A stretch of 64,000 nt of DNA from Collinsella sp. (GTDB lineage: Bacteria > Actinomycetota > Coriobacteriia > Coriobacteriales > Coriobacteriaceae), in the NCBI GenBank assembly GCA_019424925.1, contig JAHYYO010000002.1:8918-72917 (forward strand), in the 5' to 3' direction. Shown here piece after piece: positions 47,613-57,086 of the stretch (position 1 is the stretch's first letter; each line of letters begins with the position of its first letter). The notes under the pieces are model-generated. The model did no database searches. It saw only the letters and a program-made list of their open reading frames with translations, and was not told where the DNA came from. Both the position numbers and the translations under genes were made by a program.

Positions 47613-47958
47613 GGGAACCTCCCTGCTTCTGGGGCCAAAACTTCTATCGGTTTTGGCTGTCGATGCCGACCGTATCAGCCGCTACTTGACCAATTTCTGA
47701 CCAAATGCTTGACGGATTGACATCTCCGCAGGTAAAAGGTGGGAAAAATTACTTCAACTTTTTTCGAGCGACAATCGAGCGGTCGGCGACGGCGGGGCGA
47801 TATGTGTCAAAAGCATCGTCTGCCGAGGAAGCCTTGCCGTTCGCCGAATTGCACGAACGTAAAAAACGCCAATTATGGAGACGGTCTCGAACACGTCGAC
47901 GAAACGATGCGGTAACATCTCCCCGCAAACACTGTAGTTAGCTAAAGGGGGAGTTCGC

Positions 47959-49560
47959 GTGTCTGCAACCATTAAACCCTTCACCGACGAGTTCGAGGAG
48001 TATGGCCGCGATGAATCTCGCGCATCGGGCGAAGCATCGAGCATCTCGTTTCCGACAACGGAAGACGAGGTCCGTGCCATTTTGGAAACGCTCCATGCCG
48101 AGCGTGTCCCGGTAACGGTTCAGGGCGCCCGAACCGGCCTTGCCGCCGGTGCCGTGCCCCACGGTGGGCATATCCTCAATACTTCCCGTATGAATCGCTA
48201 CTTGGGCCTTCGCCGCGATGAACAAGGCCAATTTCTGCTGCGCGTGGAGCCGGGCGTTGTGCTCTCGGAGCTGCGCAAGCAGCTGAGCAAGAAGGTACTG
48301 CCGACCGCTGGTTGGGACCAGGCATCGCTTGAGGCCCACGAGGAGTTCCAAGAGTCCCCCGAGCAGTTCTTTCCCACCGATCCCACCGAGGCATCTGCCT
48401 GTCTGGGCGGCATGGCGGCATGCAACGCCTCCGGCGCCCGCAGCTACGCTTACGGTCCCATGCGCCCGCATATCACGGGACTCCACGTCGCGCTGGCTGA
48501 TGGCGATTTGCTTGAGCTTCAGCGCGGCGAGGCTTTTGCCCAGGGCCGCCACCTGTCGCTTGTGACGGCAGAGGGTCATACATTCGAGCTTGATCTTCCT
48601 GACTACACCATGCCCAAGACCAAAAATGCCTCGGGGTATTTTGTTGCGGACGATATGGACGCCATCGATCTTTTTATCGGTGCGTGCGGCACGCTCGGCG
48701 TCATTACCGAGCTCGAGATCGCCCTGCAGGCGGCACCTTCGGTCGTATGGGGTGTGAGTTGCTTTTTCGATAGCGAAGACAAGGCCGTGTCCTTTACCGA
48801 TTCCGTGCGTCCCGTGCTGTCCCATGCCGCCGCTATTGAGTATTTCGATGCTGGCGCCCTGGATATCCTGCGTCGCCAGCGCGAGCAGTCGACAGCGTTT
48901 GCCTCGCTGCCGGCGCTCGACGACGAGGCAAAGGTCTGTGTCTACGTGGAGCTCGACTGCGATGACGAGGCGCAGGCGACCGAGGAGCTGTGCCACCTGG
49001 GATGGGTGCTGGAGCTTGCGGGCGGCCGCGACGATGCGACATGGGTCGCCCGCACCGAAGTCGATCGCGAGTGCCAGCGGTTCTTCCGCCACGCGGTCCC
49101 CGAGAGCGTCAATATGCTCATTGACGAGCGTCGCCGCATCGACCCCACCATTACCAAGCTGGGATCGGATATGTCGGTGCCCAATGCACGCCTTGCCGAT
49201 GTCATGGCCCTCTATCGCCGCACGCTGGCCGAAAGCGGGCTTGAGTCTGCTGCCTGGGGACACATCGGGAATAACCATCTGCATGTGAACATCCTGCCGC
49301 GCGATGCGCAAGACTACCGTCGTGGTGGAGAACTCTTTGCCCAGTGGGCTTCCGAGGTCACGGCCATGGGCGGTGCCGTTTCTGCCGAGCACGGCGTCGG
49401 CAAGATCAAGGCGGGCTTCTTGGAGACGATGTACGGCCACGAGGCCATGGTCGAGTCGGCGCGCCTCAAACTCCAGCTCGATCCTGCCGGCCAGCTGGGT
49501 CGCGGCAACCTGTTTACGGAGAAGCTCTTGGATGAACTCGTCCAGAAAGGGGGCGCGTGA
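47959..49560 (+). CDS. FAD-binding 2-hydroxyacid oxidoreductase (GlcD/LctD-like)
   Basis: QGARTGLAAGAVP, FFPTDP, NASG, GTLGVIT, GHIGNNHLH, SAEHGVGK. Confidence 0.85.
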   Translation: MSATIKPFTDEFEEYGRDESRASGEASSISFPTTEDEVRAILETLHAERVPVTVQGARTGLAAGAVPHGGHILNTSRMNRYLGLRRDEQGQFLLRVEPGVVLSELRKQLSKKVLPTAGWDQASLEAHEEFQESPEQFFPTDPTEASACLGGMAACNASGARSYAYGPMRPHITGLHVALADGDLLELQRGEAFAQGRHLSLVTAEGHTFELDLPDYTMPKTKNASGYFVADDMDAIDLFIGACGTLGVITELEIALQAAPSVVWGVSCFFDSEDKAVSFTDSVRPVLSHAAAIEYFDAGALDILRRQREQSTAFASLPALDDEAKVCVYVELDCDDEAQATEELCHLGWVLELAGGRDDATWVARTEVDRECQRFFRHAVPESVNMLIDERRRIDPTITKLGSDMSVPNARLADVMALYRRTLAESGLESAAWGHIGNNHLHVNILPRDAQDYRRGGELFAQWASEVTAMGGAVSAEHGVGKIKAGFLETMYGHEAMVESARLKLQLDPAGQLGRGNLFTEKLLDELVQKGGA

Positions 49561-50378
49561 AGATGAGTGATTTCCATATGGTGGTGTGCGTCAAGGCGGT
49601 GCCCGGAAGCACCGAGGTCAAGATGGACCCCAAGACCAATACTATCGTGCGTGATGGCAAACAGGCGGTCATTAATCCCTTCGATGCAAGTGCCCTCGAA
49701 TGTGCGCTAGCGCTGAAGGACGACTTTATCGGCTTTGGCATGGACGTGCGCGTAACGGTGGTGTCGATGGGCATCCCCGCGACCGAGTCGCTGCTGCGCG
49801 ACTGCATCGCTCGAGGTGCCGACGACGCGCTGCTGCTGACCGATCGCGCCTTTGCAGGTGCCGATACACTGGCAACCACCTATGCCCTCAAATGCGGCAT
49901 CGAGGCACTCGATGGGGACTTTGACCTGCTCATCTGCGGCAAGATGGCAGTGGACGGCGATACGGCCCAGATCGGCCCCGAGCTGGCCGGCGCCTTTGGG
50001 GTCCCCTGCGTGACCGACGTGAGCTGTGTGCAGAGCGCGGGATTTACGACGTGTGGCTCGCTGGCGCTCGTCCACGGCTGCGATGCCGGCGAGGAGACGG
50101 TGTACCTGGAGATGCCGTGTGCGATGACGACTGCCAAGGAGATTGGCCAGCTGCGCATGCCGAGTATTGCCGGTATTCGCGCGGCGGAGGAGGCGGACGT
50201 GCGCGTGGTCAGTGCCGCCGACGTGAACGCCGACCCCGCGCGTTGCGGCCTTGCCGGATCACCGACGCAGGTCGTGCGCTCGTTTGTGCCCGACCGTGAC
50301 CAAACGTGCGAGGCCGTTGAGGGAACGGCGTCCGAGCAGGCGGTAAAACTTGCCAAGATTATCGAGGGGATGGCATAG
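49557..50378 (+). CDS. etfB: Electron transfer flavoprotein beta subunit
   Basis: VCVKAVP, INPFD, FAGADTLAT, DGDTAQIGP, GSPTQV. Confidence 0.92.
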   Translation: MKMSDFHMVVCVKAVPGSTEVKMDPKTNTIVRDGKQAVINPFDASALECALALKDDFIGFGMDVRVTVVSMGIPATESLLRDCIARGADDALLLTDRAFAGADTLATTYALKCGIEALDGDFDLLICGKMAVDGDTAQIGPELAGAFGVPCVTDVSCVQSAGFTTCGSLALVHGCDAGEETVYLEMPCAMTTAKEIGQLRMPSIAGIRAAEEADVRVVSAADVNADPARCGLAGSPTQVVRSFVPDRDQTCEAVEGTASEQAVKLAKIIEGMA

Positions 50379-51584
50379 ATGAGCGGGCTGATTATCGATA
50401 GCGAAGCCTGTATCGGCTGCGGTCGCTGCGTTCGCGCCTGCGCCTCGGACGGCATTGTGGTGGAGGGTGAGCGCCCCAATCGCTGTGCCCGCGTAACCGA
50501 CGGCTGTATCCTGTGCGGTGGGTGCGTCGACGCCTGCCCCGTCAACGCCATCTCGATTGAGCGCGACGAGGCCGCCGGCGCGGCAGACCTTGACGCATAT
50601 CGAGACATCTGGATCTTCGTGCAGACTGACGAGCACGATGCCGTTGCATCCGTGGCCTTCGAGCTCATGGGCAAGGGGCGCGAGCTTGCCGATGCCCGCG
50701 GCTGCCGTCTGGTGGCACTGGTCGGCATGAGCCCCGAGGGCTCACTCGGGGACCTGGAGCATCTGATTTGCGCCGGTGCGGACGAAGTTCTGGTCTGTCG
50801 TGACGAGCGCCTGCGTCAGAACGACGCGGAGGTCTACGCTCGCTTGATCTGCGATTTGGTAGCCGAGCGCAAGCCCGAGGCCATTCTGTACGGCGCGACC
50901 GCCTTTGGTCGCGAGCTGGCGCCCGGTGTGGCCGTGCGCTTGCAGACGGGTCTTACGGCCGATTGCACGGTGCTTTCGATGGATACGGAGACGGGTCTGC
51001 TGCAGCAGACGCGCCCGGCGTTTGGCGGCAACCTGATGGCCACCATTATCTGTCCCAACCACCGTCCTCAGATGGCAACGGTGCGCCCCGGCATCTTTAA
51101 GGCGCCCGAGTTTGACTATAGCCGCTCCGGCACGATTACCCAGGTAGTGCTTGCGGATGACGTTAAGGCCCGCGTCGAGATCTCGATTCCCGCCGAGGAG
51201 TGGGGACAGCAGGCCTCAATTGCCGATGCCGAGCGTCTGGTCGTGGTGGGCCGCGGCATCGGCTCCAAGAAGAATCTGCCCCTGATGCGAAAGCTCGCCG
51301 ATGCCCTGGGTGCCGAGCTTGGTTGCACGCGTCCCATTGTGGAGGCAGGCTGGTTGGAGTATCGCCACCAAATTGGCCAGACGGGTGTATCGGTCTCGCC
51401 CAAGCTCCTCGTGAGCATCGGTGTCTCGGGCGCTATCCAGCATCTCGCCGGCATCGGTGGGGCGGAGTGCATTGTCGCCATCAATGAGGACCCGGATGCC
51501 CCCATCTTTGGTGCCGCCCAGTACAAGGTCGTCGGCGATGCCGTTGAGATCGTTGAGGAGCTGCTGGCTCAGCTTGAGCGCTAA
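50379..51584 (+). CDS. etfA: Electron transfer flavoprotein alpha subunit with N-terminal 2x[4Fe-4S] ferredoxin
   Basis: CIGCGRCVRAC and CILCGGCVDACP; GLTADCT, RPAFGGN, QIGQTG, GVSGAIQH. Confidence 0.92.
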   Translation: MSGLIIDSEACIGCGRCVRACASDGIVVEGERPNRCARVTDGCILCGGCVDACPVNAISIERDEAAGAADLDAYRDIWIFVQTDEHDAVASVAFELMGKGRELADARGCRLVALVGMSPEGSLGDLEHLICAGADEVLVCRDERLRQNDAEVYARLICDLVAERKPEAILYGATAFGRELAPGVAVRLQTGLTADCTVLSMDTETGLLQQTRPAFGGNLMATIICPNHRPQMATVRPGIFKAPEFDYSRSGTITQVVLADDVKARVEISIPAEEWGQQASIADAERLVVVGRGIGSKKNLPLMRKLADALGAELGCTRPIVEAGWLEYRHQIGQTGVSVSPKLLVSIGVSGAIQHLAGIGGAECIVAINEDPDAPIFGAAQYKVVGDAVEIVEELLAQLER

Positions 51585-52393
51585 GCGCGCGTCAGCCAGT
51601 CGCGCATCTCGTCCTTTAGGCGGCTCCAGGTTGCCTGCGTGGCGGGGTCGGTAAAGGGCCGCGTAATGCCAAAGGGCGCGTCGAGCAGGCGGTGGATATC
51701 GCCCTGTTCGCGCGCCAGCGCGCGGCTCGCTGGATAGACGAGCTCAAACATAAAGCAGATGAGTCCCACCAGGTAGTCTGCGGGCTCATCGCGCTCATCG
51801 CGTGCGACGCAGCGGTGCTCGTCAAAGGCGGTAAGCGCCGGTGCCGAGAAGTGGCTGGCGAGAAATGCGTCCTCATCCACCTTGAGGATGGTCTCGACGG
51901 TGCTGTCGGCGATGGTGCGCATAATGTCGATCTTGTCACCATCGCGCACGATCTCGCAGAAGCTCCGTGTACGGGTGTCGAGTTCCGTGGGCAGGCGAAA
52001 ATTGCTGTGGTGGGCGATGCTCGCGCGGATCAGTTCGTCCTCTGCCGGGTCATCGATAAAGTCGCGGATGCTCGTTACGGCGGGTGCATCGGCGGGATTC
52101 TCGCCAAAGAGGACCTCGATGCCCAGCGCTGCATGGCTCATGCTCTCGGCGTCCTTAAAGGTGTCCCAGCGCCGCAACTGCTCAAAGCGGCCCATATCGT
52201 GTAGCAGGCCGCAAAGCCATGCCAGGTCAATGTCCTGCGCTGGCCAACCCTGTTCACGCGCCACGGCATCGCATACTTCGGCAACGTGGTACGTATGCTC
52301 GATTTTGAGTGCGATGCGTGGGTTGGTGGCGTCGTAGGCGTCGGTATAGGTCTTGAAGGCCGCAGCCGCCCGCGCACGATCGATAGCTGTCAT
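51581..52393 (-). CDS. HD-domain phosphohydrolase
   Basis: KIEHT, LLHDMGRFEQ, HA, HH, RDGDKID. Confidence 0.85.
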   Translation of the reverse strand: MTAIDRARAAAAFKTYTDAYDATNPRIALKIEHTYHVAEVCDAVAREQGWPAQDIDLAWLCGLLHDMGRFEQLRRWDTFKDAESMSHAALGIEVLFGENPADAPAVTSIRDFIDDPAEDELIRASIAHHSNFRLPTELDTRTRSFCEIVRDGDKIDIMRTIADSTVETILKVDEDAFLASHFSAPALTAFDEHRCVARDERDEPADYLVGLICFMFELVYPASRALAREQGDIHRLLDAPFGITRPFTDPATQATWSRLKDEMRDWLTRA

Positions 52394-52519
52394 AATGACT
52401 TCCTAAAAAGTTGTGTCTTTCGATCCGGTGGCAATTGTAGGCGAACTTTATTGCCACCGGTTGATATTTCTGCTGCGTTGCGAGACGCGCTGCAGACGAC
52501 TTACCAGAATGGGGGTGGC

Positions 52520-53139
52520 ATGGTCCTTAGGATCGTTAAAACCGTCTGGCCGGTGATGCTTGCCTATGTTGCGATAGGTGCGCCGTGCGGAATGATTATG
52601 GCGCAGACGGGGATGGAACCATGGATGGTTTTTGCCCTGAGCAGCACGTTTGTGACGGGCTGCGGACAGTTTATGGTCTGCAACCTGCGGCATCGATCGC
52701 ACCGCATCTGGCGGGCGCCTCGAAGCGTCAGACGCTGGCCGTTGCCGCGACGCTCACCGAGGAGGCATATGGCATCTCGCTTGCCAAGTTGATTGAGGGG
52801 CAGGATTGGGGCCCGCGCGAGTCCTTTGTGCTCAACGTGATCCTTATCGCAACATGGGGCGTATCGTGTACGATGGGCGCCATCGTCGGCGCCGTTGTCG
52901 ATGTTCCCACCGCCATTGCAGCCTTTGTCTGCACCTCGCTCTTTATCTGCCTGCTCTTTTCGCAGCGGCTGTCGCGCGGCAACGTTGTCGCGGCGGTTTC
53001 GGGCGCGGTGTCCGTCGCCGTATGCAAGTTCTTGGGCCTCGCGAATATTGCCGTGCCGGCAAGCGTCGTGGTCGGCATTACCATTGCGCTGGCGTGCGAT
53101 GCTGTATTAGACGGAAGAGGTGCCCGCGATGCCCGTTAA
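52520..53139 (+). pseudogene. azlC: AzlC-family permease broken by an internal deletion/frameshift near 52687
   Basis: MVLRIVKTVWPVMLAYVAIG...GQFMVCNL in one frame; SIAPHL...TEEAYG... continues in another; the connecting helix is missing. Confidence 0.7.
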
Positions 53140-53452
53140 CGAGTTCTTGGTTCTGTGGCTGTCGTCGTGGGCTGCTATCGCGTTCTTTCGCATCGCGCCG
53201 GCGTTCGCCTTGCGCGGGCGGACCCTGTCGCCCCGCATTACCGAGGCCCTGGGCTATATCCCGCCCGCTGCCTTTGCCGCGCTGGTCGCCAACGACTTGG
53301 TGAGTCCCGGCGCGTTCGACGCGGGACCCTGGCCTGCCTTGGTTCCCTGGATTGCGGCTGCCGGCGTCGTGGCCGTGGCGGTCAAGACAAAATCGATGCT
53401 GTGGTGCTGTGTTTCGGGCATCGTGTTCTATATCGTTTTGAGCCTCATATAA
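53129..53452 (+). CDS. azlD: AzlD-family small subunit
   Basis: RIAP...LGYIPPAAFAALV; overlaps the azlC end. Confidence 0.8.
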   Translation: MPVNEFLVLWLSSWAAIAFFRIAPAFALRGRTLSPRITEALGYIPPAAFAALVANDLVSPGAFDAGPWPALVPWIAAAGVVAVAVKTKSMLWCCVSGIVFYIVLSLI

Positions 53453-53594
53453 GAGCGGGGCACGTTTAGCGCCCCTGTCCAACGAATCGAATTTCTCACC
53501 GAGCTGGTCTATTTCTTCTGGTACCATGGTCAAACTTTACTGTAGCAAAGCGTGACGTGGGCTTTTATACCCCGTCAGCGGAAATGGGGGTTTC

Positions 53595-54617
53595 ATGGCA
53601 CAGGAAGCAACCGCCAACGAGCAAAAGAAATTCAAGGTCCCGCGCATCCCGGGCGACATCATGATTTATCCGATGATCGTCGGTCTTTTGCTCAACACCT
53701 TCTGTCCGCAGGTTTTTGAGATCGGCGGATTCTTTACGGCTGCCTGCCGCGGTGGCTCCAATACCATCGTCGCCGCGATCCTGCTGTTTGTGGGCGCCGG
53801 CATCAGCTTTAAGTCCACGCCGGGCGCTATCAAGACCGGCATCGTCGTGCTGATTCCCAAGCTGGTCGTCGCAGCGGCTCTCGGCCTGGGCGTGGCATAT
53901 TTCTTTAACGACAACTTCCTGGGTCTGAGCTCCGTGTCTATCATCGGCGGCATCACGTTTTGCAACATGGCGCTCTATACGGGCATCATGGGCGAGTTCG
54001 GCGATGAGTCCGAGCAGGGCGCCGTCGGTATCCTGTTCTTTACGGCCGGCCCCGCCGTCACGATGATCATCCTCGGTGTTTCCGGCCTCGCCAACATTCC
54101 CCTTGGCACCATTATCGGCTCCATCTTGCCACTCGTTATTGGCATGGTTCTGGGCAACCTGTTCCCGTTTATCAAGAACCTGCTGGTTCCCGGTGCCAAT
54201 CCCGCGATTGCCGTCATCGGATTTCAGCTCGGTGCGTCCATGAGCCTTTCGAGCTTCATCACCGGCGGCATCTCGGGCATCCTTCTGGGCCTCATCACCC
54301 TCTTTATCGTTGGCCCCATCACCTTTGCCTTCGAGCGCTTGTGCGGCGGCAACGGCAAGGCCGCCGTTGCTTGCTCCACCATCGCCGGCACGGCTATGAC
54401 CACACCGGTTGCCCTCGCCGAGGTCGCGCCGCGCTATGCCGAGCTTGCGCCCACCGCGTATGCGCAGATCGCCACCGCCGTTATCATCACGGCGATCATG
54501 GCTCCGATTCTGACTGGCTGGGTCGACAAGAAGTTCTGCCAAGGCAAGGAGGATCTGTCGCCTGTCGGTGTCGAGGCCATAGAGGAGGCCGTCGCGACTG
54601 ACATCGATGGCGAGTAG
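53595..54617 (+). CDS. kdgT: 2-keto-3-deoxygluconate permease family transporter
   Basis: IPGDIMIYPMIVGLLLNTFCP, N.ALY...EFG, GPAVTM, STIAGTA..TP. Confidence 0.8.
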   Translation: MAQEATANEQKKFKVPRIPGDIMIYPMIVGLLLNTFCPQVFEIGGFFTAACRGGSNTIVAAILLFVGAGISFKSTPGAIKTGIVVLIPKLVVAAALGLGVAYFFNDNFLGLSSVSIIGGITFCNMALYTGIMGEFGDESEQGAVGILFFTAGPAVTMIILGVSGLANIPLGTIIGSILPLVIGMVLGNLFPFIKNLLVPGANPAIAVIGFQLGASMSLSSFITGGISGILLGLITLFIVGPITFAFERLCGGNGKAAVACSTIAGTAMTTPVALAEVAPRYAELAPTAYAQIATAVIITAIMAPILTGWVDKKFCQGKEDLSPVGVEAIEEAVATDIDGE

Positions 54618-54798
54618 CAATCGATACCCATCAATGATGCCGGCGTGTGCAATTCGCGCCGTATGGGCGCCCGAACAGAAACTGTTTTGCAGTGATGTTC
54701 GGGCGCTCTGCTATTATCCCCTTTACCCCTGCGGAGTAAAGGGGTGTTTATTGCCCTGATTCGAATTGGGCGATTCTGACCACTTGGGTATTGAAGGG

Positions 54799-55950
54799 AT
54801 GGCGCTAGTGGTTAAGGCACTCAAGATTGAGATATTCGTGCTATGCATGATTGTTCTTATCGGGCTTGCCGTGCGAAGTCGTCGCTCCTTGTTCTCGAGC
54901 ACCCAGCAGCTATTGTTTAGCATGCTTGGCTACACCTCTGCCGCGTACATATTATTCGATATGATCTGGACGCTTTCGGACGGTGTGGACGGCACGTTGG
55001 GCATTGCTGCCAACTGGATTTCCAACGCGGTTTCGTTTTCGCTCTTTGCTATCGCGTGTCTCATTTGGTTTATCTATTCCGAGACGGTGCAGGGTTCTCG
55101 CCTTTTGACCTCGCGCTATAGGGCGGTGCTTGTAGCGTTGCCTACGGCTCTGGTGGTCGTGCTGGCGTTTACCAGTTACTGGACGCACGCCCTGTTCTAT
55201 ATCGATTCGCAGGGCGTGTATCGTCGCGGCTTTGCCTATATGATCCAGCCCATCGTCAGCTACTGTTACGTTATACATACGTCCCTGCATGCATTTGTGC
55301 AATCTCGCAGGGTCGAGAGCCTGCGGACGAAGGCCATCTATCGAACCTCGGCATTTTTCGCCATTCCGGCCCTGGTGGGCGGTACCTTTCAGGTCGTATA
55401 CTCGGTGCCAGGCCTTTGTGTCGGCATAATGATTAGCATGTTGCTGCTCTACATCATCTACCAGGAGCAGCTCATCTCGACCGACCCGTTGACTGGACTT
55501 AACAATCGCAACCGTTTTGAGACCTATATGCTGTCGCTCTTCTCAAATGTGGATCAGGCCGAAGATGTATATCTGCTTATGATGGACGCCGACGGCTTTA
55601 AGCAGATTAACGATCGCTATGGGCATGTGGAGGGCGACCACGCTCTTCAGGCCATATCCGCTGCGCTCAAAGAAGTCTGCTCGGCGTCTGGCGGCTTTAT
55701 CGCACGTTATGGTGGCGATGAGTTCGTGGTGCTCCAAAAGGCAGTGGCGGAACAGGATATCATGCATCTGTGCGCGACAATCAACGATGAGCTCGCGCGC
55801 GCCGAGGTTCCGTATCTGTTGCGGATGTCCATCGGCTACGCACGGGTTGGTGATGGCGTCGATACCTGGCAAGACTTGCTTCGTGCTGCCGACGCGGAGC
55901 TCTACCGCGTAAAGCGCGAGAAGAAGAAAGCCGGCGTTCAGATACGCTAG
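54799..55950 (+). CDS. Membrane-bound diguanylate cyclase
   Basis: About 7 TM helices; DPLTGLNNR, DADGFKQINDRYGHVEGD, RYGGDEF; start uncertain. Confidence 0.88.
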   Translation: MALVVKALKIEIFVLCMIVLIGLAVRSRRSLFSSTQQLLFSMLGYTSAAYILFDMIWTLSDGVDGTLGIAANWISNAVSFSLFAIACLIWFIYSETVQGSRLLTSRYRAVLVALPTALVVVLAFTSYWTHALFYIDSQGVYRRGFAYMIQPIVSYCYVIHTSLHAFVQSRRVESLRTKAIYRTSAFFAIPALVGGTFQVVYSVPGLCVGIMISMLLLYIIYQEQLISTDPLTGLNNRNRFETYMLSLFSNVDQAEDVYLLMMDADGFKQINDRYGHVEGDHALQAISAALKEVCSASGGFIARYGGDEFVVLQKAVAEQDIMHLCATINDELARAEVPYLLRMSIGYARVGDGVDTWQDLLRAADAELYRVKREKKKAGVQIR

Positions 55951-56051
55951 GAAAAGGGGCACACGCTGGCGTGCGTGGCGGCCCTCGGCTCTCCGATGTA
56001 CTCCATTAAACTAAAGTATGTGAATCCGCTCTGCTAAATAAGGGCAGTTCA

Positions 56052-56987
56052 TTAGGCCTTTTTGGGCCTGTTGACGATGATGATGCCGCCGCAGACCAAC
56101 AGCAGGGCAACAAGTACGGTCACAGGGCTCGTGCCAGCGCCCTCGCCGAGCAGCAGCGCGCTCAGCAGTACGCCAAAGACCGGGTTCATAAACCCAAAGA
56201 CCGAGACGCGGCTGACGGGGTTGACGGCAAGCAGACGCGACCATAGCGAGTACGCGACGGCGGAAATGAGTGCCATATAGATAATGAGCGCGATGGCGGG
56301 GATGATCGCGGTGGGGGAGAGCGCGCCGCCCATCAAAAACCCGATGGCGGTAAGGACCAAACCTCCGACTAAAAACTGCCACCCGGCAAGCAAGACGCCG
56401 TCGTGCTTGCGCGAGAAGATGCCGATCAGGCAGGTCGAAAGAGCACCCGCGACAGTGGAGGCTAGGATAAAGCCCTCGCCATCGAGCCTGAAGCCAAAGG
56501 TGCCATCTGCGCCCGAGAGGTTGACGAGCGCGACGCCGGCAAAGCCCAGCGCACAGCCAAGCACCTTGGCCGTATTGAGCTTCTCGGTGTGAAATGCTAG
56601 GGCGGCAAAGAGGATTGCGAGGAAGTTGGCGCTGGCCTCGATGATGGAGCTCGACATGGCGCTGGCGCACGAGAGGCCCAGATAGAAAAAGAAGTACTGC
56701 CCGATAGTCTGGAAGAGCGACAAGACAAAGATGGGCTTGATGTCGCAAGCCTGCGGAATGAGGGGGCGGCGTTGGGCCGCACTCATCCCAACGATAACCA
56801 GGGCGCCGGCAAGCGTGAAGCGCAAGCCCGCAAAGAGCAGCTGCGAGGCGCTATCGTGCGCCGGGATACCAAAGAGCGCGTAGCCGATCTTGATGCAGGG
56901 AAACGCCGATCCCCAGAGTGCACAGCAAACAAGACAACCCAGGATGAGTCCGGGCAGGGTGGCGAGATACGGCTTGCGGCTTTCCAT
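56052..56987 (-). CDS. EamA/DMT-family transporter
   Basis: LWGSAFP, RF, two EamA repeats, PVFGVLLSALLLGE. Confidence 0.85.
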   Translation of the reverse strand: MESRKPYLATLPGLILGCLVCCALWGSAFPCIKIGYALFGIPAHDSASQLLFAGLRFTLAGALVIVGMSAAQRRPLIPQACDIKPIFVLSLFQTIGQYFFFYLGLSCASAMSSSIIEASANFLAILFAALAFHTEKLNTAKVLGCALGFAGVALVNLSGADGTFGFRLDGEGFILASTVAGALSTCLIGIFSRKHDGVLLAGWQFLVGGLVLTAIGFLMGGALSPTAIIPAIALIIYMALISAVAYSLWSRLLAVNPVSRVSVFGFMNPVFGVLLSALLLGEGAGTSPVTVLVALLLVCGGIIIVNRPKKA

Positions 56988-57012
56988 GATGTCCTTCCTG
57001 CATGCGCGAAGC

Positions 57013-57050
57013 AAAAAAGAACCCGCCACCGGATGCGTCGGTGGCGGGTG
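57013..57050 (-). terminator. purL terminator
   Basis: ACCCGCCACCG...CGGTGGCGGGT hairpin with U tract on the minus strand. Confidence 0.7.
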
Positions 57051-57086
57051 TTGTTACCCGAGGGGATTGTACCCGATGGGAAAGGT

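Noticed and set aside
47749..47758. TTACTTCAAC as a duplicated rplL 3' end (ICE attachment core)
   Set aside because: Match too short, and there is no partner copy or rplL in the window.
52425..52460. 11-bp inverted repeat between the divergent HD and azlC genes
   Set aside because: Single instance with nothing to distinguish operator, repeat or chance.
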